Assembly: GCF_001194135.2 (NCBI RefSeq)
Contig: NC_068983.1
Location: 78,489,043-78,553,042 of the forward strand
DNA length: 64,000 nucleotides
Direction: 5' to 3'
Source of the DNA: Octopus bimaculoides
Taxonomy: Eukaryota
A program made the position numbers and the translations under genes. Each line of letters opens with the position of its first letter. Position 1 is the stretch's first letter. Below the pieces are notes generated by a model. The model saw only the letters and a program-made list of their open reading frames with translations, ran no database searches and was not told the DNA's origin. Below are positions 1 through 12,045 of this stretch, in pieces.

Positions 1-38
<38 letters not shown>

Positions 39-130
39 GCACAAACTAATAGAGACACACATACACACATAAACACACACACATATAGACACACACACGT
101 ACCTATATGCATACATAAACATACATGTAT
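1..130. repeat. (TA)n/(CA)n microsatellite
   Basis: Direct dinucleotide runs. Confidence 0.95.
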
Positions 131-996
131 TAATATATATGTATTGATAATACCTGTTGATAATACCTGTTGAAGGCTTCAGCTTCCCAAATCATTACTC
201 CAATTTCTAATTGGTTCTTTTTGGACAATTACAAGTAACTCGAAGTGTTGGCTTTGAAATTATATACAACATTTTTGCCAAAACACATAAATTCTGATTG
301 GTTGGAAAATCATGAGAAAATTTAGCATTCAAAATGAGAATGCTGCAACTATTGTTGAAAAGTAACTAGGAACACAGCATGAGCAAAAACATTTAGGAAA
401 TGTGAAAAATTATTTTGACTTATATAAAAAAAAATTAAATTAAATGCTAAAAACATACATAAATTTTTTGCTGTTTTCCCTACTTAAAATATGCATTGGA
501 ACATTGAAAGCTTTAATGTAAATTATTCATAAGAGAATATTAAGTCAAAATCTTTTCCATTGCGTAAACCTTTGGAAGTAAAAAAAGAATATTTTATTCA
601 GTACTAATTTTAAAATTCTTTTGCAACAAATTAATACAGTTTAGGCAAGAACTCACTCAACTAGATTTCTCGTGTAAAATAATAAAATCCTGTTTAGATA
701 TTTTGCTTTTCAGTGATATATAGAGATTACATTGGGTGTTTCCATGTATATGTGGAAATGTGTTTTTTATAATCATCATCATCATCATCGTTTAACGTCC
801 GTTTTTGTCGATGACAAGAATTCCAAGCTACAGCATTCATGTGATCACAAAAACAAATTTCACAGCTTGTGAAGTAAACACAACAATGCTACTCAGAACA
901 CTGTCATGAAGGTCACTGCTAGCTCTTATTGTGCATACAACTGTGTGCTGCCATCTGTTGATGCACTAGAGAACTAGTCCGGGAACATTTTTATAC

Positions 997-1115
997 CAAC
1001 TTTTCAAACACATTTTCAAGCAACTTTTCAAACACATTTTCAAGCAACTGTTCAAACACATTTTCAAGCAACTATTCAAACACATTTTCAAGCAACTTTT
1101 CAAGCAACTTTCCAA
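997..1115. repeat. 24-bp tandem repeat, ~4.5 copies (CAACTTTTCAAACACATTTTCAAG)
   Basis: Unit read directly; it explains the periodic ORF 966..1208. Confidence 0.9.
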
Positions 1116-1384
1116 ACATATAAATGGAAATATTTCTATGCAATCTTTGTAGCATTGAAAAAAGTTGAATATTTTACACGATATTGAAATTTTAAACACA
1201 AAATCCAATTAAGAGAGTTAAGGAAGATGGTCTGTCAAAGTTTGATTCAATTTCTTTACTGATTAATACTTCTTTCTTCTAATGATGTATATAACTGTGT
1301 ATAATTTTGGCTCGTATAATCATATGAGTTATCTTCTCTCACCTCTGTCAATGTTTCAGTGAACAATTCTCTTTATACAATATA

Positions 1385-1800
1385 TTCTTTTATTCTTTCA
1401 CTTGTTTCAGTCATTTAACTGTGGCCATGCTGGAGCAACACCATTAGTCGAGCAAATCGACCCCAGGACTTATCTTTTGTAAGCCTAGTACTTATTCTTT
1501 CCATCTCTTTTACAGAACTGCTAAGTTACAGGGCAAACACACCAGCATCAGTTGTCAAGCAATGGTGGGGGGTACAGACAAACATACACAGACACACAAA
1601 CACACGCACAAACAAACACACACACACACACACATATCTGTATGATGGCCTTCTGTCAGTTTCCGTCTACCAAATCCACTCACAAAGCTTTGGTCGGCCC
1701 GAGGCTATAATAGAAGACACTTGCCCAAGGTGAGACACAGTGGAACTGGACCCGCAGCCATGTGATTGGTAAGCAAGCTACTTACCACACAGCCATGCCT
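1385..1800 (-). mobile_element. SINE family A (tRNA-derived head, CORE-like body), near full length
   Basis: Reverse complement of TGGCTGTGTGGTAAGTAGCTTGC...CACCTTGGGCAAGTGTCTTCT...GGAAACTGA...CCAGCATGGCCACAGT...GAAACAAGTGAAAGA; same module order as 8651-9046. Confidence 0.9.
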
Positions 1801-1814
1801 TCAACTGATAAGTT

Positions 1815-2065
1815 ATGGGGTAAAACTATCAGCAATGGTTGTCAAGCAATGGTGGGGGGACAAACACAGGCACAAAAGCATACACACACACACACACACA
1901 TGTATATATATACAATGGGCTTCTTTGAGTTTCCAACTACCAAATCCACTCACAAGGCTTTGGTTGGGCCTCAGGCTTCAGTAGAAGACACTTGACCAAG
2001 GTATGATGCAGTGGGACTGAACATGGAACCATGTGGTTGGTAAGCAAGCTACTTACAACACAGCA
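1815..2065 (-). mobile_element. SINE family A, partial copy
   Basis: Same head/body motif as the adjacent copy. Confidence 0.85.
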
Positions 2066-2239
2066 TCTATGTGCATAAAAAATAGATTATCTTATGTAAG
2101 TTTCTATTTTCGATTTCATATACATCAATAATAACTTAACTGGACCCAAATTTTTGTGTACCCTGCCTTCATATCAATATTCAACAATATTTATTCAATG
2201 ACCATGTTTTGAATGTTAATCGTTTTTTTTTTTTCAATT

Positions 2240-2402
2240 AGTTGGTGTTAGGAAGAGCATCCAGCTGTAGAATCTCTGCCAGATCAGATTGGAGCCTGAT
2301 GCAGCCTTCTGGCTTACCAGTCCTCAGTCAAATCATCCAACCCATGCTAGCATGGAAAGCAGACGTTAAACAATGATGATGATGATGATGATGATGATGA
2401 TA
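2240..2402 (+). mobile_element. SINE family C 3' part with (GAT)n tail
   Basis: GGTGTTAGGAAGAGCATCCAGCTGTAG...CCCATGCTAGCATGGAAAGCAGACGTTAAAC then (GAT)n; many copies in the window. Confidence 0.85.
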
Positions 2403-2663
2403 ATTTGTCAACCAATCAGAATTTAATTATAATTTGTCAACCAATCAGAATTTATGCTTTTCTTTCTTTTTTTTTTTTCGCAGTTCCAGTCTCCAGATAA
2501 TTATGTCTCAAAGATTGATTGACTAAGCGCTATTGAGAGTTACTTTTTGTGAAGATTCTGCTTTAAATTAATAATCTACAAATTTAGTTTTTTTTTGTCT
2601 TTTCTTTCTCTCACTTCTAGCCTTAATTCTTTTATTTTTTATCTCTCTCTCTATATATATTTA

Positions 2664-2872
2664 CTACCTACCTACCTACCTACCTACCTACCTACCTACC
2701 TACCTGTCTACCTTCTTATTTACCTAACTACCTATTTAACTACCTACCAAACCACTTACCTACACACCTACCTACCTACCTCTCTGCCTATCTGCCTATC
2801 TGCTTGACTTCCAGCCTGCCCACCTACCTATGTACCTATCTATTTATCTATCTATCTATCTATCTATCTATC
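2664..2872. repeat. (TACC)n/(TATC)n microsatellite
   Basis: Direct tetranucleotide runs. Confidence 0.9.
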
Positions 2873-3155
2873 CAGCTAACAGTCTCCTTCCCCTCCTCCA
2901 TCACACTATGCCATCATGGAATTACAGACAACAAGATAATTTATGTTAGATTAAGCATGCATCAACTTCCGTGTCATGATGTGTCACCATGCATTTATTA
3001 AAGAGAGAAATTTCTACACTTGATAAACATAATAAACTACTAAGCTAACTAAAAAGTCATTAAAAAATAAATACATGAATAAATGAAAAAATAAATAAAT
3101 GAAAAATGCTAAAACATTAATTATAGCTGAGGTAATACCCAAAATAAACTTACAA

Positions 3156-3390
3156 GGTGGTGAGCTGGCAGAAATGTTAGCACGCTGGGCAAAATGCTTA
3201 GTGGTATTTCGTCTGCTGTTACGTTCTGAGTTCAAATTCCGCCGAGGTCAACCTTGCCTTTCATCCTTTCAGGGTCGATAAATTAAGTGCCAGTTATGCA
3301 CTGGGGTCGGTGTAATTGACTTAATCCCTTTGTCTGTCTTTGATTGTCCCCTCTATATTTAGCCTCTTATGGGCAATAAAGAAATAATGA
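3156..3390 (+). mobile_element. SINE family B (tRNA-derived head, conserved central domain)
   Basis: GGTGGTGAGCTGGCAGAA A-box-like start, GAGTTCAAATTCC B-box, GCCTTTCATCCTTTCAGGGTCGATAAA central motif, CAATAAAGAAATA end. The superfamily (Meta/Nin-type) is not resolved. Confidence 0.85.
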
Positions 3391-3984
3391 ACTTACAGGC
3401 ATTGAGCTATTTGTTTCACTACAATTATTTAATTAACCATTTAGTGTGAATTGTTTGAAAGTTAAAAATATTAATCTCCTATCTAATCCACCAAAAACTA
3501 TAAAAATCTTGCTAAAAAATCTCATCCTTCCTGGCACATGTTATAATCACCTTCTATTCCTATTATAATACATAAATACTATTAATATAATTAGTATAAG
3601 ACTTTTTAGTGACATGTCTTTGACAAAAGTTTATTTCCTTTATCATCATACGACAAATAAACTTTCATAGTAAATATGATACATATTTTCTTCAAGGATA
3701 AATATTCTTATGATAAATAAGCATGCATACAAAGCTCCAAGTTGTTGCAATACTGGAAAGAAGTACAATATGACAAGATACAATAAGTATGGCTATTTGA
3801 TGAAGAGGTTTGCTTCTTAACTACTTTGGGCAAGTGTCTTTCATTACAGCTTTAGGTTGACTAATACTTGGTGATCACAATTTAGGAGATCCAAACGGCA
3901 AAAGCAAGCACACACACACATATATGACACTTGTATTAGAACTGCTGAATGGTAGTGAAACATGAACTTAAGAAGACTTAAGAA

Positions 3985-4325
3985 GAGTGAAAAGAAATGA
4001 AGCTAGCATGCTTTGTAGGATGTACAATGTAAGTGTGCATGAACAATGAAGTACAAATGTATTGAAAGAAAACTGAACATAAAAGAAATCAAATGTAGAG
4101 TGAAAGAAAGAAAACTCCACTGACATGGGCATGTAATTGTTTGGACATAGGTGAGGACAGATGTGTAGAGACATGACAATCATTTAAAATAGATAAAGCA
4201 TGTAGACAAGTGAGATTCAGGAAGATATAGAGTGAAATGATGAAGTTTCATCTCCAGGCATTGAACCTCACAGAGGAAGTGACAAAGGATCAGGATGACA
4301 GGTAATATGTAGTTCTTCTGAAGAC
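3985..4325 (+). mobile_element. RTE-clade LINE, decayed 3' end of ORF
   Basis: Degenerate EASML..CNVSVH..LN IKEIKCRVKERKLH.HGHV..LQALNLTEEVTKD; homologous to the intact copy at 24184. Confidence 0.75.
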
Positions 4326-4385
4326 CTGTATATCTCAATATAACTGAGATCCTAGAAGTACAATGTGTGTGTGTGTGTGTGGGGG

Positions 4386-4456
<71 letters not shown>

Positions 4457-4458
<2 letters not shown>

Positions 4459-4850
4459 TATTCAGAAAGGTGTCATCCTCAAGGACTGGTGTAGCTACAT
4501 TATAGTCAGCTGCTAAAAAGGTAAGGCAGATGCTTTGGATAGAAGTAATTATAGAGCCATCAAATTTCTGGACCAGGTCATGAAAGTTATGGAAATAGCT
4601 ATAACCCAATTAATTAGGGACAGAATCAGATTGTACTTGGCATTTGTTGAGTTGGAGAAAGCTTTTGGCAAAGTAAGTACTCCACTACATGATGTAGTGG
4701 GCTCTAAGAAAGTTAGGGATAGATGAGTGGCTTGTGAAAGCTGTACAAGCTATGTACAGAGGTTACGTCAGTAAGGTGAGAGTTAATCAGGAATGCAGTG
4801 ATGAATTTAGTGTGCATCCAGGTGTTCATCAGTGTTCAGATCTCAGTATG
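4457..4850 (+). mobile_element. RTE-clade LINE reverse-transcriptase fragment with internal deletion
   Basis: KGKADALDRSNYRAIKFLDQVMKV...LYLAFVELEKAF...LGIDEWLVKAVQAMY...GVHQ.S: RT motifs NYRxI, FxDxxKAFD and GVxQG. Confidence 0.9.
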
Positions 4851-5448
4851 GAACATTGACATTACATGCAGACGATCACACACACATGCATGTATGCACA
4901 CACACAAACACACATACATATACAAATATAAAAATACAAATATACATATACATGTGTGTCTGTGCATGTTGTGTGTGTGTCTCTGTGTGTGTGTGTGTGT
5001 GTGCTTATGCTTGTGCTTATGCTCACACCTGTCCAAAAATCAGTGTTGTTTATGTTATTTTCATTTAAGGTTTGTAACCCAGTAGTTTGGCAAATGGAAA
5101 TTGATAAATTAAGTAACAGAGACAAATACAGTGATTGTAATTGAGTAAACTCATGAAAGTTATGCTCTAGTACAAAGCTGACTATAATGGATAAACCAAA
5201 CTGAAAGGAAAGGGCAATGAACTAAGAAAGTTTGGTTGTGTAACTACACAGGACTGTTGCATGTGTGCGTGTGTGTGTGTGTGCATGTTTAGGTGCATAC
5301 GAATCTGTGTGTATGTGTGTGTTAGCACATTTAAATCAAAGCCAGTGCTAATTAATTGTTCCACTAAGCTTTCTTATTTTATACTGTAAGATTCACACAC
5401 ATTTATATAAAATACTTATACACACACAAACACATGAACCCCATTATG

Positions 5449-5479
<31 letters not shown>

Positions 5480-6477
5480 NNNNNNNNNNNNNNNNNNNNN
5501 NNNNNNNNNNNNNNNNNNNNNNNNNNNNNNNNNNNNNNNNNNNNNNNNNNNNNNNNNNNNNNNNNNNNNNNNNNNNNNNNNNNNNNNNNNNNNNNNNNNN
5601 NNNNNNNNNNNNNNNNNNNNNNNNNNNNNNNNNNNNNNNNNNNNNNNNNNNNNNNNNNNNNNNNNNNNNNNNNNNNNNNNNNNNNNNNNNNNNNNNNNNN
5701 NNNNNNNNNNNNNNNNNNNNNNNNNNNNNNNNNNNNNNNNNNNNNNNNNNNNNNNNNNNNNNNNNNNNNNNNNNNNNNNNNNNNNNNNNNNNNNNNNNNN
5801 NNNNNNNNNNNNNNNNNNNNNNNNNNNNNNNNNNNNNNNNNNNNNNNNNNNNNNNNNNNNNNNNNNNNNNNNNNNNNNNNNNNNNNNNNNNNNNNNNNNN
5901 NNNNNNNNNNNNNNNNNNNNNNNNNNNNNNNNNNNNNNNNNNNNNNNNNNNNNNNNNNNNNNNNNNNNNNNNNNNNNNNNNNNNNNNNNNNNNNNNNNNN
6001 NNNNNNNNNNNNNNNNNNNNNNNNNNNNNNNNNNNNNNNNNNNNNNNNNNNNNNNNNNNNNNNNNNNNNNNNNNNNNNNNNNNNNNNNNNNNNNNNNNNN
6101 NNNNNNNNNNNNNNNNNNNNNNNNNNNNNNNNNNNNNNNNNNNNNNNNNNNNNNNNNNNNNNNNNNNNNNNNNNNNNNNNNNNNNNNNNNNNNNNNNNNN
6201 NNNNNNNNNNNNNNNNNNNNNNNNNNNNNNNNNNNNNNNNNNNNNNNNNNNNNNNNNNNNNNNNNNNNNNNNNNNNNNNNNNNNNNNNNNNNNNNNNNNN
6301 NNNNNNNNNNNNNNNNNNNNNNNNNNNNNNNNNNNNNNNNNNNNNNNNNNNNNNNNNNNNNNNNNNNNNNNNNNNNNNNNNNNNNNNNNNNNNNNNNNNN
6401 NNNNNNNNNNNNNNNNNNNNNNNNNNNNNNNNNNNNNNNNNNNNNNNNNNNNNNNNNNNNNNNNNNNNNNNNNNNNN
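5480..6477. other. Assembly gap flanked by (TA)n
   Basis: N run. Confidence 1.
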
Positions 6478-6499
6478 ATATATATATATATATATATAG

Positions 6500-6932
6500 T
6501 ACTGGACTTCACCTGAGCTGGACATTGCTAGTGCTGGACTTCACTGGTGATCGTGGCACATGAAAAACATTAAGGACACCTTGTAAAGTGGTTAGCATTA
6601 AGAAGGGCATCAAGCCATGAAAACCATGCCAAAACAAACCTCACTGGTGCTGGTGCCATGTAAAAAGCACCAACCATTCTGTAAAATGGTTAGAATTAGG
6701 AAGGGCATCCAGTCATAAAAACCACAGCAGAACAGACCTCCTTGGTGCCAGTGCAAAGTAAAAAGTATCAAGTCTACTCTGTAAGGGTTTTGGTGTAAGG
6801 AAGGGCATCCAGCTATAAAAACCATGCCCAAACAGACTGTAAAGCCTGGTGCAGTCCTCTGGCTTGCCAGCTCCTGTTAAACCATCCAACCCATGCTGGC
6901 ATGGAAAACAGATATCAAATGTTGATGATGAC
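6500..6932 (+). mobile_element. SINE family C with internal sub-repeats
   Basis: Repeated AAGGGCATCCAG..AAAACCA/GTAAAAAGCAC modules ending in CCCATGCTGGCATGGAAAAC..GATGATGAC. Confidence 0.75.
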
Positions 6933-7099
6933 AAAATATATATATATGTATGCGTGTGTATGTATGTATATATGTATGTATGTATGTATGTGTTTGTGTG
7001 TATTTGCATGTGTGGACGTGTGTATGTATATGTATGTGTGTGTGTGTATGTTACAGCCATTTTGTGATAGCTGTAAACTGATTATCGCCATCATACAAG

Positions 7100-7302
7100 C
7101 AGTGTCCTTCATTTCCGATCTTCAGTGAAAACATGTACAGTCAGGGAAAATTATTACCTAGCTTATAAACAGGTGACAGCTTACAACAGGAAGGGCATCA
7201 ACCATAGAAAATCTGCCTCAACAAATTCCATCTGACTCATGCAAACTTGGAAAAGTGAATGAAAGTGAAATCAATAATAAAACTAAGGATGATGATAATG
7301 AT
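7100..7302 (+). mobile_element. (GAT)n-tailed SINE 3' module (variant of family C)
   Basis: AGGAAGGGCATC..CCATAGAAAATCTGCCTCA..CATGCAA..TGGAAAAGTG..(GAT)n; also at 13840-14050 and 58560-58750. Confidence 0.7.
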
Positions 7303-7999
7303 GATATACCTGTGGAAATGTAATTATTTGAGAAAGAGAGAGAATTTCTAGAGCTTTGATGGATATAGATACCTAAAATGTCAAATTAATTAATAGATCT
7401 TGAAACAATGACTTTGACCAAACCACTTTTCTTAGATTTGTATTTTCTTACTTAGAACTGACATCTAAATAGAGTCACTTGAAATAAAAGAATAAAAGCC
7501 ACCTGTAATCTTATTTACAAAACTGAGCTGTAAAAGATGTCTAAAATCTTTAATAGGAATAAAGTATAATGACAGAAGAAAAACTTGATATAAGAAAGTT
7601 TTTAAATGTCAATTAACAATAGACCAATAATTTAATTCAATACTAATAAAACAGCCAGTAAACTTACAAGAGATAAATTATTATTAATGCCACACTGATT
7701 TCATAGCTATTCTTGAGTAAAATATAAGGTGTAGACTATAAATTCTGATATATTTCAGATTAGATCAATGAAGAGGCTACTAGAGCCAGTAGTTGAATTG
7801 TTGTTAGATTAGAAAAATTCTCAGGAGAATGTACAGACGAAAATATTGATTTTATTTATCTTTTTCTTCTTTTTGTTTTGCAAGACATAAGGCTAGCACT
7901 TAAATGGCTGACACATACCTTAGCGGTACTGATTTTAAAGACCTTGAATGGATGAGAGGTAAAGAATTGTTGATAGTAATTGAGCCCATATGCTAGAAA

Positions 8000-8222
8000 T
8001 ATTAGTTTAAAATTTTGGTACAAGGCCAGCAGTTTTTGGAGGTGATGGGTAAGTTGATTACACCAACCCCACTATTCAACTGATACTTATTTTATTGACC
8101 TCAAAACTGATGAAAGGCAAAACCGACCTTGGCAGAATTTGAATTCAGACTATAAAAGACAGCCGAAATGCCACTGAGCATTTTGCCCAGTGTGCTAATG
8201 ATTCTGCCAGCTTGCCATTTAC
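8000..8222 (-). mobile_element. SINE family B
   Basis: GATGAAAGGCAAA..GACCTTGGCAGAATTTGAATTCAG..TTCTGCCAGCTTGCCA, the reverse of the family B head. Confidence 0.8.
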
Positions 8223-8650
8223 AACTTCTTGAAATATTAAAATATATGCTGCAATATCTGGCACTCTACTTTTAAGCATAACTCTGCTACATTGTTTTAC
8301 AGATAATTATACCTTAAGGCAAAAGAAAATATGATGCAATGCTTTTGATGCATTTCACAAAACATCAGTTGCATTTGTTGTATAACCCTTATCAAGATGT
8401 TGGAGTGTAATCTGAGAAGGACTTTGCTGTTATTTCTAGCAGAGCAGCCAACCATATAAGAGATTTACTGTTGTTGCTGTTTGGCGCTAAGAAAACCCTA
8501 ATGTTGTAGATCTCTGATGAAAGGCATTCCACCCATGTCCATCTAGTATGTATTTCGGACTAGATTATCTAATTAGATCAATGAAGAGGCTACTAGAGCC
8601 TGTAGTGGAATTGTTGTTAGATTAGAAAAATTCTCGGGGGAATGTACAGA

Positions 8651-9046
8651 GGCGTAGGAGTGGCTATGTGGTAAGTAGCTTGCTTATCAACCACATGGTT
8701 CCGGGTTCAGTCCCACTGCGTGGCACCTTGGGCAAGTGTCTTCTACTATAGCCTCCGTGAGTGGATTTGGTAGACGGAAACTAAAAGAAGCCCGTCGTAT
8801 ATATGTATATGTATATATGTGTGTTTGTGTGCCTGTGTTCCCCCCGCCCCCGCTCAACATCGCTTGACAACCGATGCTGGTGTGTTTATGTCCCCCGTAA
8901 CTTAGCAGTTCGACAAAAGAGACCGATAGAATAAGTACTAGGCTTACAAAGAATAAGTGCTGGGGTCGATTTGCTCGACTAAAGGCGGTGCTCCAGCATG
9001 GCCAGTCAAATGACTGAAACAAGTAAAAGAGCAAAGAGTAAAGAGA
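8651..9046 (+). mobile_element. SINE family A, young full-length copy
   Basis: GGCGTAGGAGTGGCTATGTGGTAAG A-box region, GGGTTCAGTCCC B-box region, CpGs retained, (AAAGAG)-type tail. Confidence 0.92.
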
Positions 9047-9399
9047 ATGTTTTTCCTTCTATAAGATAGAATGCAAATTGAGTGAGAATTTTCTGCTATT
9101 TTTATCAGATCAAGCAAGCACATAGAAGCTTAAATTGTTATTGCCGCTGTTTAGTCCCAAGTCAGATCTGGTAGACTGGAACAATAGTGAAAAGTATTTC
9201 AGTCATAACCTTCTCATACTTTTTACTTTTTATTCAGTCTTACTGTATCTAAGACTATATTATACAATATTTTCTTGTGTTTTTTTTTTATGACAGTAGA
9301 GTTTATTTCTTAGAAATTCTTTCAAGTCAGGTGATCATGTAATAGTTTTTTATTAGCTTCTTTACTGTGGAACCCAACCTTTGAATAACAGGTGAAAAA

Positions 9400-9620
9400 A
9401 TATTCCTTTCAAATTTTGCTACAAGGCCAGCAATTTCTGAGGAGCAGGTAAGCTGACTACATCAACCCCAGTGTTCAAATGGTACTTATTTTACTGATCC
9501 TGAAAAGATAAAAGGCAAAGTCAATCTTGATTGAATTTGAACTCTGAACACGAAGACAGATGAAATGCCATTTGGCATTTTGTCAGTTGTGCAGACAATT
9601 TTTCCAGCTTGATGCCCTAA
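9400..9620 (-). mobile_element. SINE family B, decayed
   Basis: Reverse family B motifs. Confidence 0.75.
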
Positions 9621-9823
9621 TGATGGAAAAATATTGAAATGTTGAATGAGGGGTCAGCAACCCCTTCTCACAGAAAAAAAGACAATATGCTACTTCAACC
9701 ATCTAATGACGGCCTGATTTGCTCAGCAACATGAAACAGAAATTACAATTAAAAAGAATACTGAAGTAATTCGATCTTCTTTAAAAAAGTCCCAAAACAT
9801 GAGAACAAGAATGTAAAATATTC

Positions 9824-10051
9824 TTAACGCTTTAGCAATTGGATTACTCTGTCAAATGTAAAGCTTATTCCTTCACATTGTTTTCAATTAATCATGCATT
9901 ATTTAGTAGGTTTGAAATTTTGATGACCTAACTTTTAATTTTAGAATGAAGTTGAAAGGTTGGAGTGAGAGGCCACATCTGGCCAGTTTTGAACATAAAA
10001 CGGGTAGAATATTTTGGCCGGATATGTCCAATTTAAATGCTAAAAGATTAA
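9824..10051. mobile_element. MITE with TTAA ends (piggyBac-type target)
   Basis: Left TTAACGCTTTAGCAATT and right AATGCTAAAAGATTAA are imperfect terminal inverted repeats; ~228 bp, non-coding. Confidence 0.65.
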
Positions 10052-10504
10052 AACAGATTTCTGGTTTCAAAAGGTTGTTTGAAATATCAGTCTGCTAGAC
10101 ATGTTATTGAGGTTCAATACCCATCACAACTTAATGGGTACTTTCCATTTTAATTTTCTTCTTTTTTTCTTTTATGCTTTTCATTTTTGTCATTTCATTG
10201 TTTTTTAGTCATCGGATAGTGGCCATACTAGGGCACTATCTTCAGATGCCTTAGTTAATGATATCAACCCAACAACTTATAAGAGTCAGGTACTTATTTT
10301 ATCAATTTCTATTTGTTGACCCACTAAGTTATGAAACATAAAACTGACACAGTATGAACATCAGTTCTTAGACTGGTGTAAACTTATACACAGACAGACA
10401 TGTAAGTTGATGAATGATCAATAATAATAATGATGATGATGATAATGATGATGATAACAGTAATGATGATGACAATGACAGCAACAGTGTTGATAGTGTT
10501 AATG

Positions 10505-10791
10505 NNNNNNNNNNNNNNNNNNNNNNNNNNNNNNNNNNNNNNNNNNNNNNNNNNNNNNNNNNNNNNNNNNNNNNNNNNNNNNNNNNNNNNNNNNNNNNNN
10601 NNNNNNNNNNNNNNNNNNNNNNNNNNNNNNNNNNNNNNNNNNNNNNNNNNNNNNNNNNNNNNNNNNNNNNNNNNNNNNNNNNNNNNNNNNNNNNNNNNNN
10701 NNNNNNNNNNNNNNNNNNNNNNNNNNNNNNNNNNNNNNNNNNNNNNNNNNNNNNNNNNNNNNNNNNNNNNNNNNNNNNNNNNNNNNNNNNN
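10505..10791. other. Assembly gap
   Basis: N run after a (GAT)n tract. Confidence 1.
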
Positions 10792-11030
10792 GCACATGAA
10801 ATGCACCATTTTGAGCGTGGCCGTTGCCAGTACCACCTGACTGGCCTTCGTGCGGGTGACACGTAAAAGCACCCACTACACTCTCTGAGTGGTTGGCATT
10901 AGGAAGGGCATCCAGCTGTAGAAACTCTGCCAAATCAGATTGGAGCCTGGTGTAGCCATCTGGTTTCACCAGTCCTCAGTCAAATCGTCCAACCCATGCT
11001 AGCATGGAAAGCAGACGTTAAACGACGACG
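10792..11030 (+). mobile_element. SINE family C, young copy
   Basis: GTGGTTGGCATTAGGAAGGGCATCCAGCTGTAGAAACTCTGCC...GGAAAGCAGACGTTAAACGACGACG. Confidence 0.9.
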
Positions 11031-11034
11031 AAGA

Positions 11035-11115
11035 CTATAAGACACATTTGAATAATGTTTGAAATGTCATGAATTTTTCCTCTAGCCATTTCGAACTAAA
11101 TGTATCGTTCATGGC
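11035..11115 (-). CDS. Candidate exon of unidentified host gene (AMNDTFSSKWLEEKFMTFQTLFKCVL*)
   Basis: Strong acceptor TTTACATCTGTTGTTATCTACAG followed by an open phase-0 frame to TAG. No homology recognised. Confidence 0.35.
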   Translation of the reverse strand, partial: AMNDTFSSKWLEEKFMTFQTLFKCVL

Positions 11116-11436
11116 CTGTAGATAACAACAGATGTAAATGACAGAAAATATAATATTATTCAGCTCATTTATTATTTTTATATATGAAAATAAAATCATT
11201 TGAATCATTAAAGACACATGAAATATAATATGGAAGATATGTATGTTTTTTGGTTTGTTTTTTTTTCCTAATAAATGTTATTGAGATAAAGATTGCTGAA
11301 GAAATGGCTGAAGCGTCCTTCCTTCAGGGCTGTTGTTTCAAACTGGTTTGAGAACTGTTGGTGGCAATACATTTGTATATAATTGCACTGCTGAAAATCG
11401 AGAATGAGCAAAGGTAAAGAACTGTGAAATAAAAAT

Positions 11437-11845
11437 GAGTGGCTATGTGGTAAGTAGCTTGCTAACCAACCACATGGTTCCAGGTTCATTCCTACTGCAT
11501 GGTACCTTGGGCAAGTGTCTTCTACTATAGCCTCAGGCTGACCAAAGCCTTGTGAGTGGATTTGGTAGATGGAAACTGAAAGAAGCCTGTCATATATATG
11601 TATATACATGTATGTGTATATTTGTGTATATGTTTGTCTCTGTGTTTGTTCCCCCAACATCGCTTGACAACTGATGGTGGTGTGTTCACGTCCCTGTAAC
11701 TTAGCGGTTCAGCAAAAGAGACCAATACAATAAGTACTAGGCATCCAAAGAATAAGTCCTGGGGTCGATTTGCTTGACTAAAGGCAGTGCTCCAGCATGG
11801 CCGCAGTCAAATGACTGAAACAAGTAAAAAAGTAAAAGAGTATCT
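11437..11845 (+). mobile_element. SINE family A, full length
   Basis: Same head/body/tail as 8651-9046. Confidence 0.9.
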
Positions 11846-12045
11846 AATATTTCTGCTATGAAAGACAGTCAAAAGATTCTTGGATTTGTACTTGTGTGAG
11901 AAGTGATTTGATCTGAGACAGTTGAAAATATAGCAATTAGTGTCAAGTTGGGGTGTCCTGTGGGATGACTTAGATAGAGAGAGATAAAGTGTCAAGTCAG
12001 AATTATTTGTTGCATTATCAATGATCTGATCACAGAGACAATTCT

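Noticed and set aside
2402-2455. Duplicated AATTTGTCAACCAATCAGAATTT containing a CCAAT box as a promoter
   Set aside because: It is a short tandem duplication at a SINE tail with no other promoter evidence.
4798-5144. ORFs rich in HT/CV/YI/LS dipeptides throughout the window
   Set aside because: They are translations of (CA)n, (TA)n, (GA)n and (TACC)n microsatellites.
5403-6525. Long ORFs spanning N runs (also ~10400-10970, 24330-25100, 52635-53210, 54250-55060)
   Set aside because: They are open only because N codons contain no stops.
8651-8730. tRNA genes at the SINE heads
   Set aside because: A/B-box-like motifs are present but no cloverleaf; they continue into SINE bodies.
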